This document shows positions 52,581-62,650 of a DNA stretch of 64,000 nt, one piece after another (position 1 is the first letter of the stretch; every line of letters starts with the position of its first letter). Origin of the DNA: Polyangiaceae bacterium (GTDB taxonomy: Bacteria; Myxococcota_A; Polyangia; Polyangiales; Polyangiaceae). Location of the stretch: contig JAPSGB010000003.1 in assembly GCA_035063585.1 (NCBI GenBank), positions 96,001-160,000 of the forward strand, given 5' to 3'. The notes beneath the pieces were generated by a model that saw nothing but the letters and a program-made list of their open reading frames with translations, searched no databases and was not told the origin of the DNA. The position numbers and the translations under genes are program-made.

Positions 52581-53957
52581 TCAGAAGTCGCGCATCTGCT
52601 TGCGAATCTTACCGATCGCCTGCTCCTGCAGCTGCCGGATGCGCTCGCGCGACAGGTTGTACTTGTCGCCGATCTCCTTCAGCGTGAGCTCGTCCTCGTT
52701 GTCGAGGCCGAAGCGCCAGCGGATGATGCGCGACTCGATGGGCGTCAGCGTGTCGAGCAGCCGGCGCACCTCCTCTGCCCATTTCTGGTTGGCCAGGTTG
52801 TCATAGGGCGAGAGCGAGTTCTCCTCGACCAGGAAATCGATGAAGCGACGCCCGTCCTCGTCGCCCACCGGGCGATCGAGCGAGAACGGCGTGTCGGCGT
52901 AGAGATCCTTCACCTTGTCGAGCTTCTCGCGCGGAACGCCCGTCTCCTTCTCGAGCTCCTCGATGGTCGGCTCGCGGCCGGTTCGCGCGATGATGGTCTG
53001 CGTCGCGCGCGAGACGCGGTTGTAGGTGTCGAGCATGTGGACCGGGATACGCACCGCGCGGCCCTTGTCCGCGAGCGCGCGGCTGATCGCGTGACGGATC
53101 CACCAGGACGCGTAGGTGCTGAACCGGTAGCCGCGCGTATGATCGAAGCGCTCGACCGCCTTCATCAGGCCGATGTTTCCCTCTTGGATGAGATCGATGA
53201 GCGGCAGCCGGCCACGGTTATAGCGGCGCGCGATGCTGACGACCAAGCGGAGGTTCGCCTTCACGAAGCGGCTCTTCGCCCGCCGCTGTCGGGTGTCGGT
53301 GCGCTTCACTTGCTCGAGGAAGCGCTTGTATGCGGCCGTCTCGGGGAGCACCGTGTGCTCAGGGCCGTCGACGCTCGGCTTCACGGCCTCGCGTACCACG
53401 CGGTTGGCGTTCGCCATCCAGAGCCGATCGGAGTCGGGGAGCCGGACCGCGCGCGCGAGCTCCTCGCAGCGCTCGCACCACTCACGCTGCTGGTGCGCGA
53501 GCAGCTTCGAGCGCTGCTTGCGGTAGACCTTGAGTAGTCGCCGGAGCTCGCTCAGACACACCGGGTCTGGCCGATCCTCCTCGCTCGCCGAGGCGAAATC
53601 GAGCTCGAGCTGGGCGAGCACCTGCTCCACCGCGGGCAGATAGGAGAGGAGCGCGACCCAGTGCTCGACCTCGGCGCGCTCGACCCCCTGCGCGGCCTCG
53701 AGCTCCTCGTCGGGCCCCATCACCTGGTGGGTCGCCATGTCGCGGAAGTAGCGCGAGAGCATCGAGTCCGACGCGCCCTCGACCCCGACGCGCGTGTCGT
53801 TCGCGGGCGCTTCGCCGAACTCCGTCGCCGACGCGCCGCCCTCGTGCTCTGCTTCGTCCGCGGCGGCGCGCGTCACGCGCACCGAGGTGTGCTCCTCCGC
53901 CGTTTCCTCGGAATCGCGAGCGGGGGCGATGGGGTGGGACTTCTGGGACATGCTCAC
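52581..53957 (-). CDS. RNA polymerase sigma-70 factor, RpoD/RpoS-like group 2
   Basis: Region 1.2 [56 protein letters not shown]...SRERIRQ; no canonical region 1.1. Start GTG 53957 or ATG 53951. Confidence 0.94.
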   Translation of the reverse strand: MSMSQKSHPIAPARDSEETAEEHTSVRVTRAAADEAEHEGGASATEFGEAPANDTRVGVEGASDSMLSRYFRDMATHQVMGPDEELEAAQGVERAEVEHWVALLSYLPAVEQVLAQLELDFASASEEDRPDPVCLSELRRLLKVYRKQRSKLLAHQQREWCERCEELARAVRLPDSDRLWMANANRVVREAVKPSVDGPEHTVLPETAAYKRFLEQVKRTDTRQRRAKSRFVKANLRLVVSIARRYNRGRLPLIDLIQEGNIGLMKAVERFDHTRGYRFSTYASWWIRHAISRALADKGRAVRIPVHMLDTYNRVSRATQTIIARTGREPTIEELEKETGVPREKLDKVKDLYADTPFSLDRPVGDEDGRRFIDFLVEENSLSPYDNLANQKWAEEVRRLLDTLTPIESRIIRWRFGLDNEDELTLKEIGDKYNLSRERIRQLQEQAIGKIRKQMRDF

Positions 53958-54064
53958 CTGGATCGTTGGGGGCGGGAGATCGTGACGAGTCCCGAGGCGA
54001 GGAAACCCCCGAGAGCGGGGGTCGATTCCACGCGGGGAGCGCGGCGTAGTCGAACGGGATTCAT

Positions 54065-54080
54065 TGCAAATAACGTGCCC
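54065..54080 (-). promoter_or_regulatory. Sigma-54 (-24/-12) promoter upstream of the sigma-70 gene
   Basis: Minus strand GGGCACGTTATTTGCA: GGCACG-N4-TTGCA with exact GG-N10-GC spacing, about 110 bp upstream of the start. Confidence 0.72.
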
Positions 54081-54619
54081 GAGATCGGCGCGTTGCGCGG
54101 GGTCTGAGGTGGGTAGGGGCGGCGGGAGGACTCGCTTCGACGGATGATCGGGGAGCGCGCTTGGGCGCGCGGAGCGTGCGCGGGGAGCGCTCGAGCAGGC
54201 TGGATGGGCCGGCCTCGGCGGTTCGACCGGACCGCGCGGCGGCCCGAGCGATGGCCTGGGGTGCGCGTTCGACCAGGCGACTCCAAGCTAAGTGGGGCCC
54301 GAGCGCCGGGCCGTCAAGAGCAGCCGCTCGATATCGTTGGCGTTCGAGCGTCCGCCGCGCGCGCGCTCCCTCGAGCGCTCGCGAGCCGCCTCGACCCGGG
54401 GCCCGGCGCGCGCCCCGCCGCTCGCAGGACATCACGCGCCATGCCCTCGCAACAATTGCAAGGCTCGGCGGTGAGCCGGAGCGGAGCGACAGGGGCCGGG
54501 CGTGCCACACGGCGCGCCCCATGACACGGCTCACCGTTCGCAGGAAAGCTTTGTGAGGCCCGACCGGTCGTCCGGCATGCCGCGCCGCCGGCCGCGCCGG
54601 ATCGGCACCCCTGCGTAGC

Positions 54620-55696
54620 TCAGAATTGAGCGAGAAAGCGCGGATCATTCTCGAACAGGAGCCGGATGTCCGGGATTCCGTAGCGGAGCATCGCGACCCG
54701 CTCGACGCCGAGGCCGAAGGCGAAGCCGGTGTACGTCTCCGGATCTATGCCGGCGTGCGAGAGGACGTCCGGGTGCACCATGCCGCAGCCCAGGATCTCG
54801 AGCCAACCGGTCGACTTGCAGATGCGGCAGGTGGCGCGCGAGCCGTCATCGGCGCGGCAGAACACGCAGCCGACGTCCACCTCCGCGCCCGGCTCGACGA
54901 ACGGGAAGTAGCTCGGGCGGAAGCGCACCGGCGTGCCGGGGCCGTAGAGCCGCTCCGCGAAGGCGGTGAGGACGCCCTTCAGCTCGGCGAAGCTCACCCG
55001 CTCGGCTACCCGGAAGCCCTCGATCTGGTGGAACATCGGCGAGTGGGTGACGTCGTCGTCGCGCCGGTAGACGGTGCCGCCGCTCACGATCGCCATCGGC
55101 GGCCGATGCGTGCTCATCTCCCGCACTTGGACGTTGCTCGTGTGGGTGCGGAGGAGCACCCGTGCGTCGGGCGGCGCGCCGGAGACCTTCACCCAGAAGC
55201 TGTCCTGCATGTCCGTCGCGGGGTGATCCGGTGGAAATGCGAGCTTGGTGAAGTTGTGCTCCTCGAGCTCCACCTCGGGGCCCCAGGCGATCTCGAAGCC
55301 GAGCGAGCCGAAGATGTCGAGGAGCTCGTCGCGCACCTGAGCGATGGGGTGGCGATGACCGCGCACGACCGGCGCGCGACCCGGCAGGGTGAGGTCGAAG
55401 GGGCGCTCGGTGAGCTCGGCTGCGCGCGCGGCCTGCGCGAGCGCGGTGAGCCGCTCCGCGAAGGCCCGCTCGACCTCGGCCTTCACCGCGTTCACGCGCT
55501 CGCCGATGGCGCGGCGCTCGTCCGCGTCCACCTGGCCCATCAGCTTGAGCAGGCTGGTGAGCTCGCCCTTCTTGCCGAGGAGCTCGGCCTTGGCGGCGCG
55601 TAGCTCGTTCTCGTCGACCGCACCCGCGAAGCGAGCATGGAACCGCTCGCCGAGCGCGGCGAGGCCCGCGACGATCTCCGCTCCGGCGTCCGACAC
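54620..55696 (-). CDS. pheS: Phenylalanine-tRNA ligase alpha subunit
   Basis: LGKKGEL, HPATDMQDSF, LRTHTS, HSPMFHQIEG, RFRPSYFPFVEPG, WLEILGCGMVHP, GFAFGLGVER. Confidence 0.98.
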   Translation of the reverse strand: MSDAGAEIVAGLAALGERFHARFAGAVDENELRAAKAELLGKKGELTSLLKLMGQVDADERRAIGERVNAVKAEVERAFAERLTALAQAARAAELTERPFDLTLPGRAPVVRGHRHPIAQVRDELLDIFGSLGFEIAWGPEVELEEHNFTKLAFPPDHPATDMQDSFWVKVSGAPPDARVLLRTHTSNVQVREMSTHRPPMAIVSGGTVYRRDDDVTHSPMFHQIEGFRVAERVSFAELKGVLTAFAERLYGPGTPVRFRPSYFPFVEPGAEVDVGCVFCRADDGSRATCRICKSTGWLEILGCGMVHPDVLSHAGIDPETYTGFAFGLGVERVAMLRYGIPDIRLLFENDPRFLAQF

Positions 55697-55708
55697 GGCG
55701 GTCGGCGC

Positions 55709-56062
55709 CTACTTCGCGGCCGCGGCGAGCTCGGTCAGGTGCTTGAAGGCGCCCGCGTCGTTCACGGCGAGATCAGCGAGGATCTTCCGATCGAGCTCGA
55801 TCCCGCTCTTACGCATCGCGCTCACCAGACGGGAGTAGGTGGTGCCGTTCTCTCGGCAGGCGGCGTTGATGCGCGTGATCCACAGGCGGCGGAAATCGCG
55901 CTTGCGCAGCTTCCGGCCGACGTAGGCGTACTGCCACGACTTCCAGAGGACGTGCATCGCCTGGCGGATGCGGTTCTTGCGACCACCCCAGAAGCCCTTG
56001 GTCTGCGCGAAGACGCGCTTGTGACGACGACGCGGGCTCGGGCCTCTCTTGACGCGGGACAT
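55709..56062 (-). CDS. rplT: 50S ribosomal protein L20
   Basis: MSRVKRG..., RKLRKRDFRRLWITRINAA, LDRKILADLA. Confidence 0.98.
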   Translation of the reverse strand: MSRVKRGPSPRRRHKRVFAQTKGFWGGRKNRIRQAMHVLWKSWQYAYVGRKLRKRDFRRLWITRINAACRENGTTYSRLVSAMRKSGIELDRKILADLAVNDAGAFKHLTELAAAAK

Positions 56063-56080
56063 CTCTCGTTACTCCCTGAC

Positions 56081-56278
56081 TCAGCCGTAGGGCAGGAGGA
56101 TCTTGATCCTCTTCTCGAACTCCGGGGCTACCATGTCGTTGTCGCGCAGGCGACGGCGGCGCTTGCGGCTCTTACCGTTCATGCAGTGCTGCAGGCCGCC
56201 CTTCGGGCGACGCACGCGACCCGTGCCGGAGATCTTGAAGCGCTTGCTGGCAGCGCGGTTGGTCTTCATCTTGGGCAT
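56081..56278 (-). CDS. rpmI: 50S ribosomal protein L35
   Basis: MPKMKTNRAASKRFKISGTG...LLPYG. Confidence 0.97.
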   Translation of the reverse strand: MPKMKTNRAASKRFKISGTGRVRRPKGGLQHCMNGKSRKRRRRLRDNDMVAPEFEKRIKILLPYG

Positions 56279-56371
56279 GACGAGCTCCCGAGCGAGGCTC
56301 GAGCGGCCTCGCCTCTGGTAAAGTAGGCGACGAGCGCCGCGCGGGCCTCGGCCCGCTCCAGAGAGCGCGGA

Positions 56372-56400
56372 CTTATGACGGAAGCCGGCCGCCTCGTCAA
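56372..56400 (-). promoter_or_regulatory. Candidate sigma-70 promoter for rpmI-rplT-pheS
   Basis: Minus strand TTGACG-N17-CATAAG; good -35, imperfect -10. Confidence 0.4.
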
Positions 56401-56487
56401 GGGTACGCTGATACGGAACACGCGCTCAGTAGCTCCGCGCCGTGTTTTCCCGCGAGCCGCTCGCCCCGCCGTGGTACGGGCTCGCCC

Positions 56488-59400
56488 ATGCCGCGCAGGG
56501 ACGACATCGAGAAGATCCTGCTCATCGGGTCCGGCCCGATAGTCATCGGTCAAGCGTGCGAGTTCGACTACTCGGGGACGCAAGGGGCCAAGGCGCTGAC
56601 CGCGCTCGGTTACGACGTCGTGCTCGTGAACTCGAACCCGGCCACCATCATGACCGACCCCGAGCTCGTGAAGCGGACCTACGTCGAGCCGCTCGACGTC
56701 GAGTCGCTCACCGCGATCATCGAGCGAGAGCGCCCCGACGCGCTCCTGCCCACGCTCGGCGGGCAGACCGCGCTGAACCTCGCGCTCGCGCTGCACGAGA
56801 AGGGCGTGCTGTCGAAGCACGGCGTGCAGCTCATCGGCGCTCAGATCGACGCCATCCGAAAGGCCGAGGACCGGCTGCTCTTCAAGGAGGCGATGACGCG
56901 CGCGGGACTCGAGAGCCCGCGCTCCGGCTACGCGACGAGCGTGGAGGAGGCGCGCCGCGTCGTCGAGGAGCAGACCGGCTACCCGGTCATCCTCCGCCCG
57001 AGCTTCACCATGGGCGGTGCCGGCGGCGCGATCGTCGAGGATCCGGCCGAGCTCGACAAGAAGGTCGAGTGGGCGCTCTCGCAGTCGCCGACCCGCGAGG
57101 TGCTGGTCGAGGAGAGCGTGCTCGGCTGGAAGGAATTCGAGCTCGAGGTCATCCGCGACGCGGCCGACAACTTCATCGTCGTCTGTTCCATCGAGAACAT
57201 CGATCCGATGGGCGTGCACACCGGCGACTCGATCACCATCGCGCCCGCGCTCACGCTGACCGACCGCGAGTACCAGCGCCTCCGCGACGCGGCGCGCACG
57301 GTGATGCACGAGATCGGCGTCGAGACGGGCGGCTCCAACGTGCAGTTCGCGGTCGATCCGGCGACCGGGCGCGTGCTCGTCATCGAGATGAACCCCCGCG
57401 TCTCGCGCTCGAGCGCGCTCGCCTCGAAGGCGACCGGCTATCCGATCGCCAAGATCGCCGCGAAGCTCGCGGTCGGCTTCACCCTCGACGAGCTCGAGAA
57501 CGACATCACCGGCACCAGCGCGGCGTTCGAGCCGACCGTGGACTACATCGTGGTGAAGTGGCCGCGCTTCACCTTCGAGAAGTTCCCCGGCGCCGACGCC
57601 CGCCTCGGCACGCAGATGAAGAGCGTGGGTGAGGCGATGAGCATCGGCCGGAGCTTCCCCGAGGCGCTGCAGAAGGCGGCGCGCTCGCTCGAGACCGGCA
57701 AGGACGGGCTCTCGAGCCTCATCGGACGGGTCGACTACCGGCTGCTCGCGGAGGAGCCGACCGCGCGCCGCGATCTCACTCACGACGCGCCGCCCGAGGC
57801 GCGCCCCCGGCGCACGTTGCCGCCGCCGAGCCCGAGCGAGCTCGACGCCGCGCTCGACCACCTCATCGCCATCCCCACGGCCGATCGTCTCTTCTACGTC
57901 GCCGACGCGCTCCGCACCGGGTTCGGGGTCGAACGGGTCCACGAGCGCACCCGGATCGACCGATGGTTCCTCGAGCAGATGGCGCGGATCGTCACCTTCG
58001 AGCGCGTCATCGCCGAGGCGCCCGCGCTCGACGCCGAGCTCCTGTTCGAGGCCAAGCGGCTCGGCTTCTCGGACTCGCAGCTCGCGCGGCTCAGGGGTGC
58101 TCCCGAGGACGCGGTGCGCGCGGAGCGTGAGCGGCTCGGGGTGCACGCGGTGTTCGGGCGCGTCGACACGTGCGCCGCCGAATTCGTGGCGAAGACGCCG
58201 TACCTCTACTCGACGTTCGAGACCGAGAGCGAGGCCGAGGTCAGCGAGCGGAAGAAGGTCATCATCCTGGGCGGCGGTCCGAACCGCATCGGTCAGGGCA
58301 TCGAGTTCGACTACTGCTGCTGCCACGCCGTCTTCGCGCTCCGGGAACTCGGGCTCGAGACGGTGATGGTGAACTGCAACCCGGAGACGGTCTCCACCGA
58401 CTACGACACCTCGGACCGCCTCTACTTCGAGCCGCTCACGCTCGAAGACGTGCTCGCCATCGTGCGCGAGGAGTCGGCGCGGGGTGAGCTGCTCGGGGTC
58501 ATCGTGCAGTTCGGCGGGCAGACGCCGCTCAAGCTCAGCGTGCCGCTCGAGCGCGCCGGCGTGCGATTGCTCGGGACGCCCGCCGACGCCATCGATCGCG
58601 CCGAGGATCGCCAGCGCTTCGACGCGCTGCTCTCGAAGCTCGGCCTCATGCGGCCGCGCGCCGGCATCGCGCGGAGCGTCGAGGAGGCGCGCCGCATCGC
58701 CGCCGGGATCGGCTATCCGGTGCTGGTGCGGCCGTCTTACGTGCTCGGGGGGCGCGCCATGATGACGTGCTTCTCGGACGGCGAGCTCGACGCCTACGTG
58801 GAGCTCGCGATGGACGCGGCCAAAGACGCCGGCTCGACCACGCTCCTCATCGACCAGTACCTGCAGCACGCCATCGAGGTCGACGTGGACTGCGTCTCGG
58901 ACGGTGAGCGGGCGGTCATCGGCGGGGTGATGCAGCATATCGAGGAGGCAGGCGTGCACTCGGGCGACTCGACCAGCGTGCTGCCGCCTCACAGCCTGGA
59001 CGCCGAGGTGGTCGCCACCATCGAGGCGCAGACGCGCGCGCTCGCGCTCGAGCTCGGCGTGGTGGGGCTCATGAATGTGCAGTTTGCCGTGAAGGAGCGC
59101 GAGGTCTACGTGCTCGAGGTGAATCCGAGGGCGAGCCGCACGGTGCCCTTCGTGAGCAAGGCCACCGGTCGTCCGCTCGCCAAGCTCGCGGCCAAGGTGA
59201 TGGTGGGCGCGACGCTCGACGAGCTCGGCGTCAGCGACGGCCCGCTCCCCATGCACGTCGCGGTGAAGGAGTCGGTGTTCCCCTTCACCAAGTTCCCGGG
59301 CGTGGACACCATCCTCGGACCCGAGATGCGCTCGACCGGCGAGGTGATGGGGATCGCGACCAGCGTGGCGCTCGCCTTCGGCAAGTCGATGTCCGCCTCG

Positions 59401-59835
59401 GGCTTCAGCCTCCCGAGCCGAGGGCGCGCCTTCATCAGCGTGGCCGAGCAGGACAAACCCGCCGCCTGCCTGGTGGCGCGGCGGCTCCGCAACCTCGGGT
59501 TCACCATCGTCGCCACCAGCGGGACGGCCGCCGCCATCGAGCGGGCGCGGGTCCCGGTGGAGCGCATCAACAAGGTGCTCGAGGGCTCGCCGCACGTGGT
59601 GGACGCGATCCGCGCCGGGACCATCCAGCTCGTCATCAACACCACCCAGGGCCAGAAGGCGATCCGCGACAGCTACTCGATCCGCCGGAACGCGCTCCTC
59701 GCCAATATTCCATACTTTACCACCATGCCGGCGGGCATCGCCGCGGTGGACTCGCTCGAGGTGCGAGAGGCGGTGGGGACCGCGGCCGTGCAAGTGCGGA
59801 GCCTCCAGGAGTGGCACGCTCGCTCGCACGAGTGA
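56488..59835 (+). CDS. carB: Carbamoyl-phosphate synthase large subunit
   Basis: [72 protein letters not shown]-terminal MGS domain. Confidence 0.98.
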   Translation: MPRRDDIEKILLIGSGPIVIGQACEFDYSGTQGAKALTALGYDVVLVNSNPATIMTDPELVKRTYVEPLDVESLTAIIERERPDALLPTLGGQTALNLALALHEKGVLSKHGVQLIGAQIDAIRKAEDRLLFKEAMTRAGLESPRSGYATSVEEARRVVEEQTGYPVILRPSFTMGGAGGAIVEDPAELDKKVEWALSQSPTREVLVEESVLGWKEFELEVIRDAADNFIVVCSIENIDPMGVHTGDSITIAPALTLTDREYQRLRDAARTVMHEIGVETGGSNVQFAVDPATGRVLVIEMNPRVSRSSALASKATGYPIAKIAAKLAVGFTLDELENDITGTSAAFEPTVDYIVVKWPRFTFEKFPGADARLGTQMKSVGEAMSIGRSFPEALQKAARSLETGKDGLSSLIGRVDYRLLAEEPTARRDLTHDAPPEARPRRTLPPPSPSELDAALDHLIAIPTADRLFYVADALRTGFGVERVHERTRIDRWFLEQMARIVTFERVIAEAPALDAELLFEAKRLGFSDSQLARLRGAPEDAVRAERERLGVHAVFGRVDTCAAEFVAKTPYLYSTFETESEAEVSERKKVIILGGGPNRIGQGIEFDYCCCHAVFALRELGLETVMVNCNPETVSTDYDTSDRLYFEPLTLEDVLAIVREESARGELLGVIVQFGGQTPLKLSVPLERAGVRLLGTPADAIDRAEDRQRFDALLSKLGLMRPRAGIARSVEEARRIAAGIGYPVLVRPSYVLGGRAMMTCFSDGELDAYVELAMDAAKDAGSTTLLIDQYLQHAIEVDVDCVSDGERAVIGGVMQHIEEAGVHSGDSTSVLPPHSLDAEVVATIEAQTRALALELGVVGLMNVQFAVKEREVYVLEVNPRASRTVPFVSKATGRPLAKLAAKVMVGATLDELGVSDGPLPMHVAVKESVFPFTKFPGVDTILGPEMRSTGEVMGIATSVALAFGKSMSASGFSLPSRGRAFISVAEQDKPAACLVARRLRNLGFTIVATSGTAAAIERARVPVERINKVLEGSPHVVDAIRAGTIQLVINTTQGQKAIRDSYSIRRNALLANIPYFTTMPAGIAAVDSLEVREAVGTAAVQVRSLQEWHARSHE

Positions 59836-59900
59836 GGGGCCGGGGAGGCGCGGAATCCATTTCCGCCGGCCAGGCTCCTACCGACGAGGAGAACGGTTTC

Positions 59901-60326
59901 ATGGATATCCGAGTCGGTTTCAGCGGTGGGAAGCGCGTGGACGCGAGCTTCGGCGAGCGCGTGATTCACACCGATCAGAGCGTCAAGAACGGCGGCGAGG
60001 GCAGCGCGCCCGAGCCGTTCCACCTGTTCCTGGCGTCGCTCGCCGCCTGCGCCGGCGTGTACGTGCTCGGCTTCTGCCAGGCACGCGGCATCTCCATGGA
60101 TGGCATCGAGCTCGTCCAGCACCACGAGTACGACCCCGAGACGGGGCGGCTCGCCGACGTCCGGGTCGATATCCGCGTCCCGGCCGATTTTCCTGAGAAG
60201 TACCTCGCGCCGCTCGAGCGGGTGGCGGCCAAGTGCGCGGTGAAGCGCGTGATCGACGCCCCGCCGAACTTCAGCATCGTGGCGCGGGCGCAAGCGGTCG
60301 AGCCTGCCGTTTCCGCGATGACCTGA
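59901..60326 (+). CDS. OsmC family protein
   Basis: TDQ...GGEGSAPEPFHLFLASLAACAG...KCAVK (two conserved Cys); SD GAGGAG before ATG 59901. Confidence 0.88.
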   Translation: MDIRVGFSGGKRVDASFGERVIHTDQSVKNGGEGSAPEPFHLFLASLAACAGVYVLGFCQARGISMDGIELVQHHEYDPETGRLADVRVDIRVPADFPEKYLAPLERVAAKCAVKRVIDAPPNFSIVARAQAVEPAVSAMT

Positions 60327-60351
60327 CCCGGGGCCGCCCGGGCGTCGAGGC

Positions 60352-62634
60352 GTGATAGCGTCCGGCGCCGTGCAGTCGGGAGAGGAGGCGGTCGCGCCGA
60401 AGCACGCGGAGGCGGCGCCAGCGTCGGCCACCGGCCGGCGCTCGATCGGGCTCGGTGGAGCCACCACGGTCGGGATCGGCGCCACCATCGGCGGCGGGAT
60501 CCTGGTGCTCGCCGGCCCGGCGTTCGCCGCGACCGGACCGAGCAGTCTGGTGGCCTTTGCCCTCGACGGCGTGCTCGCGGGGCTCGCCGCGCTGTCCTTC
60601 GCGGAGATGAGCGCGGCGTTTCCGGAGTCGGGCGGCGCCTACACCTTCGCGAAGAAGGTGCTCAGCGTGCGCGCCGCCTTCGCGGTCGGGTGGGTGGTGT
60701 GGTTCGCCTACATCGTGGCCGGCGCACTCTACGCGCTCGGCTTCGCGGCGTACGCCGCCGACGCGATCGCGAGCTTGGTCGTCGCGCTCGGCGGCAGCGC
60801 TCCCGAGTGGCTCACGGCGCACCGCACCGTCATCGGGTTCTCGCTCCTCGCCACCACCGCTTACACGCTCTCGCTCATCCGAAAGGCGAGCGGGGGCGGG
60901 CGCTGGATGACGGTGGGAAAGATGCTGGTGTTCGCGGTGCTCATCGTGGCCGGCGCGTGGGCCCTGCCCGGAGCTCCCGCGGGCACCATCTCGACCCGGC
61001 TCACTCCCTTCGTCGTCCACGGAGCGACCGGGCTCTTGTCCGCGATGGGGCTCGCCTTCATCTCGTTCCAAGGCTTCCACTTGGTGGCCGCCATCGCCGG
61101 CGAGGTGAAGCAGCCCGAGCGCGTCATCCCTCGCAGCATGCTCGCGTCTCTCGGTGCCGCGGTCGCGGTGTACTTGCCGCTCCTCTTCCTGGTGGCGACC
61201 GTGGGCGTGAAGCCCGGCGGCTCGATCACCGCGATGAGCGAGACGCGTCCGGATACCGTGGTGGCCGACGCGGTCGGCAACTACCTCGGCCCAGCCGGGT
61301 ACTGGCTGGTGGCGATCGCCGCCATCCTGTCCACGCTCTCGGCGCTCCACGCGAACCTCCTCGCCGCCTCGCGGGTGGCGCTCGCCATGGCGCGAGATCG
61401 AACCCTGCCGCGGGTGCTCGCCAAGGCGCACGCGACTCGTCGCACGCCGGTGATGGCGCTCTACGCGAGCGGGCTCGCGCTCGCCGGCATCCTGCTCATG
61501 GTGCCGAGCGTCACCGCGGCGGGCGCAGCGGCGAGCCTCATCTTCCTCTTCACCTTCGCGCTCGCGCACGCGACGAGCATCCTGGCGCGGCTCCGCGCCC
61601 GCACGCCGTCGCCGTTTCGGACGCCTTGGTTCCCGTTGGTGCCGCTCGTCGGTGGTCTCGCCTCGGGCGGGATGGCGATCTTCCAGGCGTTTGCGGTGCC
61701 CGCGGCAGGGATGATCACCGCCGTTTGGCTCGGGCTCGGCGTGCTCCTCTACTACGCCATCTTCGCCGACCGCGCCGAGGTGGTCGACGCCATGGCGGAG
61801 GCGCAGGACCCCACGCTCACGCGGCTTCGTGGCCGGAGTCCGCTCGTGCTCGTGCCGATCGCCAACCCGGCGAGCGCGCCAGCGCTGGTGTCGGTGGCGA
61901 GCGCGCTCGCGCCGAAGAGTGTCGGGCGCGTGATGCTGCTCGCGGTCATGCGCCCGGAGCAGAGCGACGGCGTGAGCGCGCCCCGGTCGCTCGTGCGGAT
62001 CCAGGACGTGCTCCGCGAGGCGCTCATCGCCTCGCTGAAGACGGGACACCATCCCGAGGCGCTCATGACCATCGCGCCCGCGCCGTGGTCGGAGATCGCG
62101 CGAGTGGTGCGGACGCATCGCTGCGAGAGCCTCCTGGTCGGTCTCTCGAACCTCGATGAGGGGGACGGCGCGCGCCATCTCGAGGCGCTCCTCAACGACG
62201 TCGACTGCGACGTCGCGGTGCTCCGCGCGCCGCCGGGCTGGAGCCTGGCGACCGCGCGCCGCATCGTGGTCCCGGCGGGCGGGCGCGGCGGCCACGACGA
62301 GCTCCGCGCGCGGCTGCTCGGGAGCCTATGCCGCGGCGCGGAGCGCGAGGTGACCTTCGTGCGGACCATCCCGCCGGGTGCGTCGCGCGCGGAGCGAGCC
62401 GGCTTCGAGCGCGAGCTCCGGCGTCTCGCCGAGGATGAGACGCCCGGTAAGCCGCGCATCGAGCTCATCGAGGGAGCCGACGTCGCCGGAGCCCTCGCCG
62501 TGCGCGCGCGCGACGCGGATCTCCTCATCATGGGCGTGATGCTCGAGGCGGGGCGGCGACTCTTCGGCAGCGTGGCGCTCGGGATCGCGCGGGACGCGCC
62601 GTGCGCCACCATCATGATCAGCCGCCGCGGATGA
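60352..62634 (+). CDS. APC-family amino acid permease fused to two universal stress protein-like domains
   Basis: GATIGGGI, AEMSAAFPESGGAY, AGEVKQPER, ASRVALAMARD; C-terminal VLVPIANP and IVVPAGG USP-like domains. Confidence 0.9.
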   Translation: MIASGAVQSGEEAVAPKHAEAAPASATGRRSIGLGGATTVGIGATIGGGILVLAGPAFAATGPSSLVAFALDGVLAGLAALSFAEMSAAFPESGGAYTFAKKVLSVRAAFAVGWVVWFAYIVAGALYALGFAAYAADAIASLVVALGGSAPEWLTAHRTVIGFSLLATTAYTLSLIRKASGGGRWMTVGKMLVFAVLIVAGAWALPGAPAGTISTRLTPFVVHGATGLLSAMGLAFISFQGFHLVAAIAGEVKQPERVIPRSMLASLGAAVAVYLPLLFLVATVGVKPGGSITAMSETRPDTVVADAVGNYLGPAGYWLVAIAAILSTLSALHANLLAASRVALAMARDRTLPRVLAKAHATRRTPVMALYASGLALAGILLMVPSVTAAGAAASLIFLFTFALAHATSILARLRARTPSPFRTPWFPLVPLVGGLASGGMAIFQAFAVPAAGMITAVWLGLGVLLYYAIFADRAEVVDAMAEAQDPTLTRLRGRSPLVLVPIANPASAPALVSVASALAPKSVGRVMLLAVMRPEQSDGVSAPRSLVRIQDVLREALIASLKTGHHPEALMTIAPAPWSEIARVVRTHRCESLLVGLSNLDEGDGARHLEALLNDVDCDVAVLRAPPGWSLATARRIVVPAGGRGGHDELRARLLGSLCRGAEREVTFVRTIPPGASRAERAGFERELRRLAEDETPGKPRIELIEGADVAGALAVRARDADLLIMGVMLEAGRRLFGSVALGIARDAPCATIMISRRG

Positions 62635-62650
62635 GCGCTCTCATCGCGCC

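Noticed and set aside
54061..54648. ORFs in the pheS-sigma gap (54061-54648, 54144-54524, 54161-54556, etc.)
   Set aside because: Low-complexity Arg/Ala/Pro translations with no motif or SD; treated as non-coding. No remnant of pheT was recognised.
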